Source: Euglena gracilis
Taxonomy: Eukaryota
Length of the DNA stretch: 64,000 bases
Assembly: GCA_039621445.1 (NCBI GenBank)
Contig: CP154954.1
Span: 26,114,954-26,178,953 of the forward strand
Direction: 5' to 3'
Position numbers and translations under genes: made by a program. Shown here piece by piece: positions 51,329 through 63,422 of the stretch. The notes beneath the pieces are model-generated. The model was given only the letters and a program-made list of their open reading frames with translations, had not been told where the DNA came from and made no database searches. The stretch's first letter is position 1; each line of letters starts with the position of its first letter.

Positions 51329-51514
51329 ATTTTGGCTCAACATTGGGCTGTACTGGAGTGGATGCACGTCTTGGAGTAGCCCCCCCTAAATGATTTCGGC
51401 TGCCCAAATGTGAAAACAAGAGAAAAACGGCAGAATTTTGACCAAGCAGACCCAAAATTTCAAAAATCCCCGTGTTGTTCTTTTTTATTTTTTGGGGGGG
51501 CACTTGTCGCACAG

Positions 51515-51594
51515 TACCGAACATGCGGGGGGAGGACACGCCAGCCCTCCGCTCATTCACCCCCGCCCCCATTGACCTGCTGGCCCATCCCGGG
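51515..51594 (+). CDS. Candidate host exon B (PNMRGEDTPALRSFTPAPIDLLAHPG)
   Basis: CACAG acceptor at 51514; GC3-rich open frame; joins exon C in frame via a nonconventional (51595) or weak GT (51600) donor. Confidence 0.5.
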
Positions 51595-51635
51595 AAGCAG
51601 TCGCATGGCGCCAAACTTTGTTCCGGGACGGCCCC

Positions 51636-53468
51636 CAGGGTTTGATGACTCCCAGTAGATAGAGCGTTGCAAGGGCTTCAATTTAGGCCTCCGGACATTT
51701 CCTTTGATTTTGCATCGTTTTCGAGGAATTTTGAAAACATCGATTTTTTGACCCCCCACCCCCCGAAAACGGCTAAGTCGGACAGTGGGAAAAGTGTACA
51801 AAACGGCCATCTGGGCCAAAAACGGCCATATCTCGGGCTAGGCGAGGAGTTGCGGGGAAATCAAAATACCGGTAGATGGGGCGTTCCAAGGGCTTCAAAT
51901 TAGGTCTCCGGACATTTCCTTTGATTTGGCTTCATTTTGGAGATATTTTGAAAATTGACATTTTTTTTGGCCGAAATGGCAGAGTCCAAAGGGGGGGGGC
52001 TTATCCAGGGGGGCGGGCCGATCCTACCCAGTTTGGACCCCTTCGCGCGTGAATAACTCGGGCCTGGTGGGGAGTTGGGGGCGAAACCCAGGTGATTCGG
52101 AAACTAGAAATCCAGTCGCTCGCGACTGAAAAAAAAAATTCCGGGAACCGGGCCAGAATCATGGTGATAATCCGTCGGTTCTCCTGGTGGCCCCGACCCG
52201 GGGGGGGGGGGGCGGGGAGGGGGGGGGTCGAGGGGGGGGTTTCGCCGGTGGTAAGCTTCGCTCTTACCCATAAAGGGATAAGAGCTCAGCGACCCCCCCC
52301 CCCCACCTTTGGTTTCCCCGCAGCTCACCGCCTAGCCCGAGATGCGGCCGTTTTTCGGCCAATTTGGGCCATTTTGTACACTTTCTCCACTGTCCGACTT
52401 AGCCATTTTCGGCCAAAAAAAGTCGAAAAAAAATCGAATTTTTTTTTGCTGAAACGATGTTTTTTGGCGACCCGGAAAAACTGTTTTTGAGCCGAAAATG
52501 AGCGTTTTTTGACCCACCAGCGCCCCGTTCTGGGCCGCCAACCCATTGATTTTGGGTCAAACCCGGGTCAAAAAAGTCGAAAAAAATCGAAAATTTTTTT
52601 TTGCCCGAAACGACGTATTTTGGCCTCCCGGACGCGGAAAAACTGTTTTGGAGCCGAAAATGAGCGTTTTTCGACCCGCCAGCGCCCCGTTCTGGGCCGC
52701 CAACCCATTGATTTTGGGTCAAAACTGGGTCAAAAAAGTCGAAACAAATCGAAAAATTTTTTTTGCCCGAAATGATGTTTTTTGGCCTCCCGGACCCGGA
52801 AAAACTGTTTTGGAGCCGAAAATGAGCGTTTTTCGACCCGCCAGCGCCCCGTTCTGGGCCGCCAACCCATTGACTTTGGGTCAAAACCGGGTCAAAAAAG
52901 TCTAAAAATATCGAATTTTTTTTTTGCCCGAAATGATGTTTTTTGGCCTCCCGGACCCAGAAAAGGTGATTTTTGAGCCAAAACGACTGTTTTTTGACCC
53001 CCTGGCCTCCGGTTTCGGGCACAAAACCCTTGCATTTCAGTCAAAAGAGATCCGTGGAGTGGGCCGGTGTATATAGAGGGGTCTATGAAGGGGTGGGTGT
53101 GCGCTTATCAAGAGCTCAGCACTATTCAAAACCTGGTGTCCCCCCCCCCCCCTCCTGGTCCGCAGGGGGGTCCGGACCACCCCCCCACCTGCCAGGGGGG
53201 TCCGGACCGACCCTGGGGGGGTACCCGGGACCCCCCCCCCCAAAAGGGTCAATTTTTTTTGTCCGGCGCTTTGCGCCGAAAATTTTTTGCATTTTTTGGC
53301 AAATTTTTGCCCAAAAAGTGCCCAAAATGGCACTTTTGGTCGTTTTGGGGGGTCAAAAATTTTCGGTCACCCGGACCGCGCCACTGTTTAGGTGGGGGGG
53401 TGTCCCCCCCCCCTCCTGGCCCGCAGGGGGGGGGTCGGACCCCCCACGTGTCCTTATATCAAACCCTG
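51636..53468. mobile_element. hAT-like MITE (9109 family) containing a rearranged Helitron-like copy 4 (51652-53136)
   Basis: CAGGGTTTGAT...ATCAAACCCTG with perfect TSD ACGGCCCC (51628-51635, 53469-53476); 162-bp tandem units at ~52470-52990. Confidence 0.9.
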
Positions 53469-53536
53469 ACGGCCCCCCAAACCCGAAGCACCACCCCGCA
53501 ACACATTTCTTGCCCCCTTCAACCGCCGCTGCCAGT

Positions 53537-53616
53537 GCCCACCGGCCGATCCTCACCGCCCTGCGCTTGTTCCCCCTGGATGAGCTGCCAGCGGCCGTGG
53601 CACGCCGCGACGGCTG
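53537..53616 (+). CDS. Candidate host exon C (AHRPILTALRLFPLDELPAAVARRDG)
   Basis: Strongly GC3-rich codons; GTGTGT donor at 53617. Confidence 0.55.
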
Positions 53617-55128
53617 GTGTGTGGCCCCACGTAGGTGTTGTCGCCTTTCTTGGCATGCTGCAGGTAGATGGCTGTTACCAGACCAACATCGCATTTCTGA
53701 AGCAATTTTTTTTGTTTTTGTTTTTGCATTTTCCACCCCCTGGAACATTTCATGAACGCTTTATCATTTCTTGATCAACATTTTTCTTTTAAATCTTTAC
53801 AAATCAAATCAACACTTTCAAACTGCAAATTCGAGTATTGAATATTTCCGAAAAAATGGACCCATACATTACTAATGGTATTTCAACAGGTCCTTTTGAT
53901 TTTTAGAACTTTTTTGTGCAATTTATGATTTTTTAGATGTTTGTTCGGCAGGGTTCTATTAACACCCCCCAGCAGGGGGCTCTTTCTTCGCTTGCTTCCC
54001 CTGCAAATGTACAAAGCTGCTGTGGCTTTGCTGAACAAACTGCTGTGGTTTTTTTGCCTCCAAATCGGGTGCCCAGTTGGTGTTATTGCAAGGAACATGG
54101 AGAAAAATTTGGCTTTATATGGCCTAAATTTGCGCCGAAAGTCAAGTCTAATTTTAAGCCAAAATTTCGCCCAACTGAGGTCTACACCCCAAATCCGGCA
54201 CCAAATTCCGAGGGCAAACCTTAAGCAATCTATCACCATCATGCATGCCAACCATTGTGCGGAGGGGCTCCGAGGAGGTGAAAACCCTGTCCTGAAGTGT
54301 TTTGCCTGGTCGGCCTGGGTCGTTTTACAAGAAACCGCAAGGAAACCCCTTCGCCACAGTGCCGAGGGGAGGGTGAATACCAAGTCAGGAGGGATGAACA
54401 TATGCGCATCATCAAAATGTAAAAATGTGCTGCATTTTTGCTACAGAATGCTGCCATTTGTCGACATCCTCCCTCCCCCCTCCCCTCAAAGATCCAAAAT
54501 CAAGGGGTAACCCCCCTAATTTGAGCACCACCTTGTAACCACCTGAGTTGAAAGGCCTGTCTTAAAGTCAACCTTTCCTTACTTCCCGGACCTGGTAAAT
54601 CAACATGGGAGGGTTCGGCTTCCCTACTCAGCTAAGACCCAAATTTGCCCGTGGTTTCATTTTCTCTGGAGGTTTGGCGCCAGGATTTAACCAGTGACCT
54701 CAACTCAGGAAGGCAGCCTCAGTTCGGCCTAACAGCCGACCATTGTCTCCCACCTGCCTCCTCTGCCTCCAATGCTCCCCCCATCTCCACGCCCATCACC
54801 GCAGGGGCCTCGCGCCCGACAAGCGCCGCGCCCCAGAGTGCTGGCTGCCCATTGGCGAGGAGTACGGGCTGTCCACCCTGTGGTGTGTCTGTACGCCATG
54901 CGAGCACACCACCGTTTGTCTTGTGTGCGGTGAGGGCTTTGCATGGAACAATGAGTTTGGTCAGGTGGAGAAAAGTTTCCATCTTGATGTCAGGTGCAGC
55001 TAGCATGGTATTTTTGTCAAGTTCCTCAATTGCTTGTGTTTGGCAGAGGTCTTTTGATCCGGGAGCTAAATGATTATACAACCCTCCCTGGGGGGGCTGC
55101 CTGAGCAGCCACCCCGGAACCCAAAAGC

Positions 55129-58100
55129 CTTAGACGGCTGGGAATGCACTTTTCATTTTTGGTGGTTTGTTTGCGCACCTGCGCATTCTTTTTTCACCAA
55201 CTGTGTTGCCATCACTTAACGGGGCGGCGCACCCGTCAGCTGAAACCCTGGTACCAAAATGTGCAACACCACCTTCGACCCCCGTGTTTTTTTCTTGGGT
55301 AAACCCGCTTTTTTTCTTTTTGAAAATAACGGTGTGGCACCTCCACTGACTGGGGGAAAAACCCCGTCTGCCGAAGTAGGTGCGACACAAAACGCTGTTT
55401 CACGGGTACGAACCCTCGTCAGGTGAAGCTGATGTACCTGTCGCTGTCCCCCCTGTCTTGTGGTGCCAGTGAATGCGCAGATGCACATTCACCCCCCCTT
55501 CCGTCCCGACCTTTTCCTGAAGTGTTGGACAGTTATTGTGCCTCCCGGGGGTGGTTGTGGGAAGGGGGCACCGTGGTCTCTACAGTTAGAGTGGAGGGGA
55601 GGTTCTGTGTCCTGTGTTGGAAGCTGGACACGAGAGGGCGCTAGCGAATGTTTGGTGTGTGCGTGTCGTCTGCATTCAGAGAGTGGTGGGGGGTGTTTAA
55701 ATAAATCCACACCACATGTCTGTAAGGGAGGGCTCGTTACCCTCCTCAGGCTGCCTGCTGTTTGCCATTCCGCACGGTGCACTGCACCCCTCCGCGACAC
55801 ATGCAGGCACAGCATCCCTCCAGTCGCGCACGCCGTCCGCTCTGCATGTGCCTTCTCATAGGCACCACGGCACATCACCACGTGCGACCACCTGTGTTCA
55901 GGTCTGCCGTTTGGGATGCTGGGTATGGAAGGGGGGGGGCTGGCTTGCACGCCTTTCCTGTGTGTCACTGGTTTTGAAAGCTTCGGAGCGGAGCCCCACT
56001 TCAACACTTTCTGCCACAGGCTACACCCTCCAGAACAGCCCTCACAAACGATACAAAATGGCTCCTCTCCGAGGTTGCATGAGGCACAAGAATGCGCACG
56101 TGCGCACTCTTGAGGCCATTCCTTCGCTGGCTGGCTGTTATTTTATCTGCAGGAGGACAGGAGGGGAGCCGCTCTTGGAATCCATAAGAGTGCGCACCTG
56201 CGCATTCCGTGAGGGGGAGTGCGCAGGTGCGCATTCTCTTTGTTGTGGGGAGTGATGTCTGGCACTCCTAAACCCAGTGTCAGCACAGCATTGCGGCAGG
56301 GCAACCCCCATGGTGCACTGCTGGCCTTTTTGTTAGCAATTTCACATGCATCTCATTGCACAGGTGGATGATCCCAGAGTAGGGTGTACGTCTCCCAGGC
56401 TGTGTCTCCACCTTGTGTGCTGAGTTGTTGGGCATCGCTCTGTGTGGCAACCTCCTACCAGGGTGCTTCAAGGGGAGACACAAGAAGGGAATGCGCATGT
56501 GCGCATTCACCCTGATGTGTCATGTTTGACAGCAGCCATCGGTGATGAGGTGTGTGGTGAAGGTGTGCGCATATGTGCTTTCCTTGGTCTTCACAGCGGC
56601 CAGGGGTTGTGTAGTTTGCAGTGCTGGAGCGTCGACTCTGAGTACATGATAAAATAAGGGTTCTATGTGGTGGGTGACGTTTGTTGCCAACAAGGCCACA
56701 GGTGGTGGTTGTGTTTTGCCTGCCGTGTTTTGCTCCAGGGCTGCCTCGTCCTCGGACACCATTCGATCCTTGCAGGGATGTCTATACTTCAGCTGCGCGG
56801 CCCCAAACCCAGGCCAGGTGGGGGGAGTTGGCGTGGGTGGTGGCATGCCCACCTGGGAGTGCAAATATTTGGTGGTGTGGCCCTAATTTAAAGAAAGGTG
56901 TAGGGAGTGCAAATATTCGGCGGTGTGTGTTGTATAAAATTGTGGAAATGTATAAAGAAAGGTGCAGGACGCTTTTTTTTGCGCATGTGCGCATTCACCG
57001 TCTTTTTACTCATGGTATGAAGTCTGCTGACCGCAGTTGGGAATCAGGGTGCCCGTCACTGAGGAATTTCCTCGGGCACTGAAATTCCTTTCTCATATGT
57101 TTTCCAATGGAGCGACACGGTGGAATACACAAAAAAGCAGAATGGGAAAAATCCTGCGTTTATCGGCAAGTTTTTTTTTGTGCTGTGCTTGCACCTGATT
57201 CACGGTTTTAAGGGCCTGGAGAAATATTGGGGCAAGGACTGACCAATGGTGTTCGCTTTTTTGAATACATTTTGGATTGTGAATTAATTCTGTGTTTACA
57301 GACCGTTTTTGGGAAAGATGCCAAAGGTGGCGACAGGCGTGTTTCGCTCTGGAGGTGCCAACCAAGTGAGCACCGGATGTGTGTGGAATCAGACACAATC
57401 CCCTGCGTTGACCCTGATTGTGGGGCACAGTGGTCCTTGCACGGTGCACTACAGCCCAGCATAAGGTTGTTCAGGGCGCCTATTGGCTGTGTGCTGCCAT
57501 GCACGCTCTGGGGCGTGGGGTCGGACAGCGCTGGCAGCAACCGGACCATCACCTCCGCCGGGTGGGGGACGGTTGCACGTGCACTGTGGCGTGCTCCACC
57601 CGTTCATGAGAGCAGCATAGCCTGGGCTGGGCACTGGATGCAGCGGGTGAAGTCGAATGCGCAGGTGCGCATTCTGTTTTGTTTGGTGACTTGCGCTGCA
57701 AAGGGGCAGTTCCCCTGTCACTGAAGGACATGAATTCGTGCCTTGAGACCTGCCGTCGCCGAGCCCAGGGTTTTCCACGCCGCTGCAGGTGTCGTGTTTC
57801 AGGGTGTGGTCTGGTACAGCGACATTGGTGCCAAGGGTGATTCTTTTGGTTCATCTCCCCCCTTCACACAACCATGTTCTAAAAGCCTGAAACCACATCA
57901 TAGCGGTGCACAGCTCGGATTCAAGACAGGCAAACAACAGGCCATACCCAGTGTGCCCTCAACATCAATGCGCGTGTGTGCATTCCCCCTTCCCACAGCC
58001 TGTGTCCATTCCAAAAAAATGCGCACCTGTGCATTCTTTTGGGTTCCGAAAAATGCGCAGGTGCGCATTCTTCGGCCTTGACACCCAGTGGCACCCTATT

Positions 58101-58848
58101 CTTTTGACCTTGGGAGGCAGGCTTCTTTTTAAGTCACCTGACCCCCCCCCCCCCCCCCGGGGGGGGGTGGGTGGGTGGGTCCGTGCCGAACCCCCCGGGG
58201 GGGGGGTCCGCGCCGGAGGCGCTGGGTATACCTTTTCGGCGCGAAGCGCCGAAAATTTTTGAAAATTGCCTTTAACGGGCCCGATTTTGGGGGGGGGGTC
58301 CCCGCCCCCCCCCCCCCCCCCCCCGGGGGGGGGGGCCCCGGGCCCCCCTGGGGGGGTGGGGGGGGGCCCCCCCCCCCCCCAGGGGTCTTAAAAGAAGCCT
58401 GTTGGGAGGGCTGTGTCTCCATGGCTGCAAGGAGTTCCTTCCCATTCTCATCCCGGGATCGCCAGGCCCTGCCCCCAGAAGCCATCAGCACTCATCGGTA
58501 AACACAAGGTGGAACACCCAGGTCTAGGTTGTACTGCGTCGCCCGTGTTTTGCATGTCGTGTGGAGTGCACCGAGTGTCTGTCCAGCCACGCACCGTGCC
58601 ACAGTCGTCGTGAAACAGCTGTAAACAGCATGATACGTAGTTGAACCAGAAAACAAGGGGGTGGTCCCTGTGGTCGTGTAATATCCAAACAGCTCATTTT
58701 TTGTGGTGTTTGCCCCCAGTCTGGAAGAAGCCATCATCCAGAATGCGCACCTGCGCACTCCGCTTCCAGAATGCGCGGATGCGCATTTTCACTAAAACTG
58801 CCAGAATTTTGTGACTCAACAAGAAAAGTGCATTCCCAGCTGTCTAAG
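55129..58848. mobile_element. 3.7-kb non-autonomous TIR element with dispersed palindromic motifs
   Basis: 25-bp TIR CTTAGAC(G/A)GCTGGGAATGCACTTTT; about 12 GAATGCGCA.GTGCGCATTC-type palindromes inside; TSD unclear (AAAGC/AAAGT). Confidence 0.8.
58118..58401. mobile_element. hAT-like MITE
   Basis: TIR CAGGCTTCTTTT/AAAAGAAGCCTG; perfect TSD TTGGGAGG (58110-58117, 58402-58409). Confidence 0.92.
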
Positions 58849-60078
58849 AAAGTGGCCAAAAGTGCTTGGGAAATCGGCCAAGGGACTCGCGATGGAGTCG
58901 AACTGCTGGTGACCTTCTGACTGAAGTTTCTAGCGTTGATATCTATTGTGGTGCAAATTGAAGAAAATTAGACAAAACTATTCTGGAAAAGGCTTTAGAA
59001 TAAAACTAGTCTTGATATTCTCTTGGAATCTTTTGCAAAATTCGAAAGAGAGTTGTTTGTTTTTGCTGATGTGCAGTCAATGCTAAAAAGAACTTTGAAA
59101 GTTGATCAGCACCAATGACCTTATTTTTTTGCAAAACCTTTGTACTTGTAAAATTCTGTTTGCGGTTTTTAAGAACTGGCTGAGGCTGCACGTCCAGGCC
59201 TTGGACACCGGATTTTCCCTTGGGCAAACCTTCCCTCTGGAGTGGAACCTCAAGCTATGTCGCTTGAGGGCATTCACATTCACTCAAACTCTCTCAGGCT
59301 GAACTGCAATGCATCTTCTCCATCCTTTGGGGCTGTGGTGGCAACCAACCGGTGCACAAAGGAGTGGTTCCCACTGGCGATGGGATTCACAACGTTCTTG
59401 CATTGGGCCGCCGATTTTATCCTTGCCAAGTCAGAGGGTACGATGCCGGTGTGTACAGGGCTTGTGCTTGTGAACAGTCAGTGTGTGAACAGATGTGCTT
59501 GTGAAGGTCAGTGTGCCGCTCTACTTGTGTGTGTATGTCAATCAAAGCGGGCAGGTTTTTTTGTTTGTCAAGTATTTTTGCTAAAAGTTTGGTGAAGGCA
59601 CCGCACAGGTTCCATTCACATTATTTTCCCTTTGACTTTGCAGTCCCTGGCCAAAGTGATGGCTGCAGATTTGCATGCAGATTCAGCTGGGTGCACCGCA
59701 TAGACACAGCAAACTTACAAAACGTTGGAGGGATGGACGGATGATGGCTGAACGGTCACGTGCCAAAGGTGAAAAAGGTGGTCAGCAAGGTTTTGTGCAA
59801 GGCTCTTATTGTTTTTGTTGGTGAGCAAATGCCCACCCCTTTGTGGGTCACATGGCCAGAGCACTGGACCAATGACATGATGATTGGGGATCCTTCCCCA
59901 GGGAAGAACCAAACGACATTTAGAAAACCGTCCTTCCAATACGGCAGGGCTGCCAGTGAACCAGAAACCCGTGGGGGGGTCAGGTGGGGTGCAGGATGTG
60001 TCTTCCCTTTTCCAGTGGGAATGGTTGCTGGCCTGAAAGTCCTTAAAAATGCTATGGTAGGAGAGTCCCCCTCCGGGT

Positions 60079-60392
60079 CAGTCAATTGCTTAAGCACTGG
60101 CCGACCCCCCCCCCCCCCCCACCCCCGGGGGGTGGGTGACTGGTTTTTTCGGAGTGACTGACCGGTATTTGGCCCGGACCCCCTCCCCCCGGGGGGAGTC
60201 GGTAAAAAACCATTAAAGTGACCTGGTGCCAAAGGCGACGGATTTTTTGGCTTTTTTTCATGTTTTTTTGTCAAATTTCCTTTGGATCCCAGAGTGGCCA
60301 ACCCCCCCCCCCCCGGAAAAAAGTGACTGACTGGTATTTCGAAAAGTGGAGTGACCCCCCTCCCCCCCGGTGGTCGGTAAAAAAATTGTATG
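60079..60392. mobile_element. Older hAT-like MITE
   Basis: Degenerate ends CAGTCAATTGC/AAATTGTATG; GTGAC subrepeats; 5/8 TSD match. Confidence 0.4.
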
Positions 60393-61193
60393 CTCGAGTT
60401 CGATATGAGGAGGGTGTCCAAGGTTTAGATGCGGGATGTCCCTCTGGACCAGGCGGGATGGTTCAGATTCTGATGGGGTTCTGGACAAGTAACTGGAAAT
60501 CCTTGTGACGTGGAACTCTATTCCTGGTGTATTGTGAGCGAATTTTTTTTACCATTTTTGACAAAGAACTGTCCTCAAAGAGTGCCAAAAGTTGCATTCC
60601 TGGGCAGAGTTTTAGGACTCATTTTTTTACCTCATAAATTGTTTCGTGCTACCTCCTTCATGCCTCTGTGTTTAGATGCAGGGGGGGCCCCCCTGACAGA
60701 ACAGTGGCGTGGGGGTTTACTGTGTCAAATCTCCTATACCCTCCCCAAGTATAAAACCCTCGGCAATATATTTTTGGCAGGATTTCATAATATAAAGCCT
60801 CAGGGGGGCTTTATATTTCGGGGGGATCGAGCTTTTCTGGGTTGCTTTGGCAAACTTTGTTGGCCATCAAATGCACTTAAATATCAATTCTGTCCCAAAT
60901 TTTTGTTGTGTACATCCTATTTTTGCCCAAAATGTGCATTTTTTGTCCAAAATGGAGGATTTCCGGTGAAAAAAATGTTTCATACACCAAAAATTTCTCC
61001 TTTTTCCCGAATGGCACCATCATCGGGCTTAAAGTTGGGGGGGCTTATTTAGGGGAGCATCATTTGGTGTCCTCCACCTCCTGGTTGGGGGTCCACCTCC
61101 ACAAAGCCTTCCAAACAGCCAGCACCTTGGAATTCATTCAAAGAGACCAATCCACTCGTCACCTGCTCCTTCTCCGGCTCAGACGGACCTCAG

Positions 61194-61280
61194 CCTGGCG
61201 GAGCACCTGGCAGAGCGGTACCGCCGCCGCCTCGCCCCGGTGGCCCCCGGGGCGGTCCAGCGAGACCCGTGGCCGCTCTG
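61194..61280 (+). CDS. Candidate host exon D (LAEHLAERYRRRLAPVAPGAVQRDPWPL); alternative acceptor at 61182
   Basis: Pyrimidine tract + CAG, strongly GC3-rich frame, GTACGG donor at 61281; phase compatible with exon C. Confidence 0.55.
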
Positions 61281-62505
61281 GTACGGGCCGGGGCCCCGGC
61301 GGTGCCCATTGCGTGGCCCGGCCGAACACCGGCCCCGGGGACCGCAGCGTCAGTCAGCCGGTATTCGTGTGAAAGGACCAGGTTCGCCGCAATGTGAATT
61401 TCTTGAGTGCACCGAGCTTCCATTTTGATCGTTTTCAAATGGTCGAAAGTGGAACCATTTTCGACCAGTTGCAAAATGGTCGAAACCTGCGTTTTCAAGG
61501 TGGGGTTCCGATCACATCTCCCATTGTCGCCTGACGCGAGAGAGAGCAAAGAGGAAGGGCAGAGGAGCAGAGGAGAAGAGGCCCCCGCAGCCCCTGTCAC
61601 CAGCCCCACCATTGCTGCCAATTCTAAACCTAAGGAGCGCGCCGGCACCCCCCCCAACGTCGCCTGCAACACCCGCGGCCCCACCACACCCCAGGCACTC
61701 CAGGCACACCTGTATTGGGTGGTTTGTGGGGCTCGGGCGCTGGGGAACTGCGTGAGGGGGGCCCGGCGACACATGGGCGGTGGTGCTGGCAGACACACTT
61801 CTACCCGGCCTCGGGCGGCCGGGGCCCCGCCGGGGACTGTCCCGCCAGCTTGCCTGTGAGGCGGCGGCGACCGCGGAGGAGCGGCGTAGCGCCGGCCGCG
61901 GGGGCGAAGGCCGTGCAGACCAGGCGTCTTTTTAGCGGTTGCAGCATGTCCCCCGCTGGGGATGGTTTTGTTTTCTCTCTCTTCAGAGTGACTTCTGGCC
62001 CTGGGCCATGAGACCCCCCCCCCCCAGGCGATGGCCCCAGTGTCCCCACCCACCACAGCACCCGCTCAAAGAAAATTCCTTTGGCCCCAAGGTGCCAAAG
62101 GAAAATTTTGGCCTAAAGCTTGGAAATACGGGAAGGCCTGGTGGGGGGGGGTCGGACCCCCACCCACCGCCCATGGGGTTGCGGGGATTCCCATACAGCC
62201 CTGGGGGGCGATGGGACTGCAGTGGGAATGCGGCTGGTGTGGGTCCCCGTCCCCTGTGGGATACCAGCCAGTCACGCATAAAGCCGGTCATCACATGAAG
62301 CCGGTCATCACCCCGCCCCGTTTGGGGTCAGCCCAATCTGAAGTCCCCATTTCTCCTAGCGCCTTTGGCGCCGGGCAAAAGAAAGCGCAACCACACATGT
62401 TTTCAGCTGTGCCGGGGGTCGACCCCCGACCCCCCCCCCCCGGCCTCCCAGGTGGGGGGTCGACCCCCCCACCAGGACTTCTCGTACAGCCCTGATCTGA
62501 TACAG

Positions 62506-62551
62506 CTGATCGCCCCCGACGTTTGCCGGGTCTTTGAAAAAGCCGCCCGGG
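62506..62551 (+). CDS. Candidate host micro-exon (LIAPDVCRVFEKAAR)
   Basis: TACAG acceptor, GTCAGC donor; another GC-rich candidate exon lies at ~61793-61890. Confidence 0.3.
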
Positions 62552-63312
62552 GTCAGCGATGGGGGTGTGCCGCCACCCCCACCTGTCCGGAAGCCGACCT
62601 GCGTCCCCATGTACGGCCGGGGGGCCCAGGTTGTCGGGATGGCCTGGTGCGGTGCCGTTGCCGAACCTCCTCGCCCGTGGACACGCAACACCGACGGCAG
62701 GAATGCAGCAATATGTAACAGTGAGCGGTCCACCCTGCTATTGGGTATCATGGTGCAGACCCGCCCTTGGTATGGTGCAGTTCTCGCTCTTGGCCTGAGT
62801 CCAACTGGAAATGTCAGCAAAGTGCTGCAAATTTTTATGAATTTGCAAATTTTGTAAATTCAGTTACATGGCTGAAAATGCTGGAGAAATGGGGTTTAGG
62901 TTTTTCTGAAGAGAGGAAATTCCTGGCCATGAAACCCCAAAATTTGTAAGCAAAGGTGAGAATGATGAAATGGAGATTTTTTTGATCAGTGGAGATCGCC
63001 GCAACCCGGGGATACCTTTTGTTGTGAACTATGGTTTCATTGCACCTGAAGCTACCGTGATGAGCAAACGTAATTTGAAATCACGAATATTGGGAATTTC
63101 CTCACAGTGTTGCTCTTGACCAGCCATTGCTGTCCACGAGTCTGTTGATTGGAACGGTTGGTTGCTGCCTCTGTCAAACATATTATGCATCAGAAGGGTC
63201 CAGTTCTTCCCCGGCACTGAGCAATGCACTTGGTTGTGACACCTCCCGCCAAACCCCTGGGTCAGGACATCAGGGGGGTGGGGAGACCCCCAACTCCTTT
63301 GTGTCACAGCCT

Positions 63313-63422
63313 GTTCTTCTTCCTCCTCTCCTTCTTCTTCTCCTCCTCCTCCTCCTCCTCCTCCTCCTCCTCCTCCGCCTCCGCCTCCGCCTCCTCCTCC
63401 TCCTCCTCCTTCTTCTTCTTCT
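63313..63422. repeat. (CTT)/(CCT)/(CCG) microsatellite
   Basis: Direct reading. Confidence 0.95.

Larger units (their letters stand above)
53950..59300 (-). pseudogene. Possible very decayed reverse-transcriptase (Penelope-like) remnant, split by the 55129-58848 insertion
   Basis: TTIDI-like motif at ~58940 and PQG/SPYSSPM motif-B-like stretch at ~54850-54885 (needs a frameshift). Confidence 0.25.

Noticed and set aside
52399-53022. 207-aa ORF with 54-aa repeats
   Set aside because: Translation of the 162-bp tandem unit of the Helitron-like element
55129-58848. CRISPR-like repeat-spacer array
   Set aside because: Spacing is irregular (about 30-700 bp), repeats are degenerate, no cas genes, eukaryotic TE context
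62476-62505. Exon start DFSYSPDLIQ after CCACCAG
   Set aside because: CCACCAGGACTTCTCGTACAGCCCTG resembles the hAT-like MITE sequence at ~62130-62202; the acceptor at 62505 is preferred
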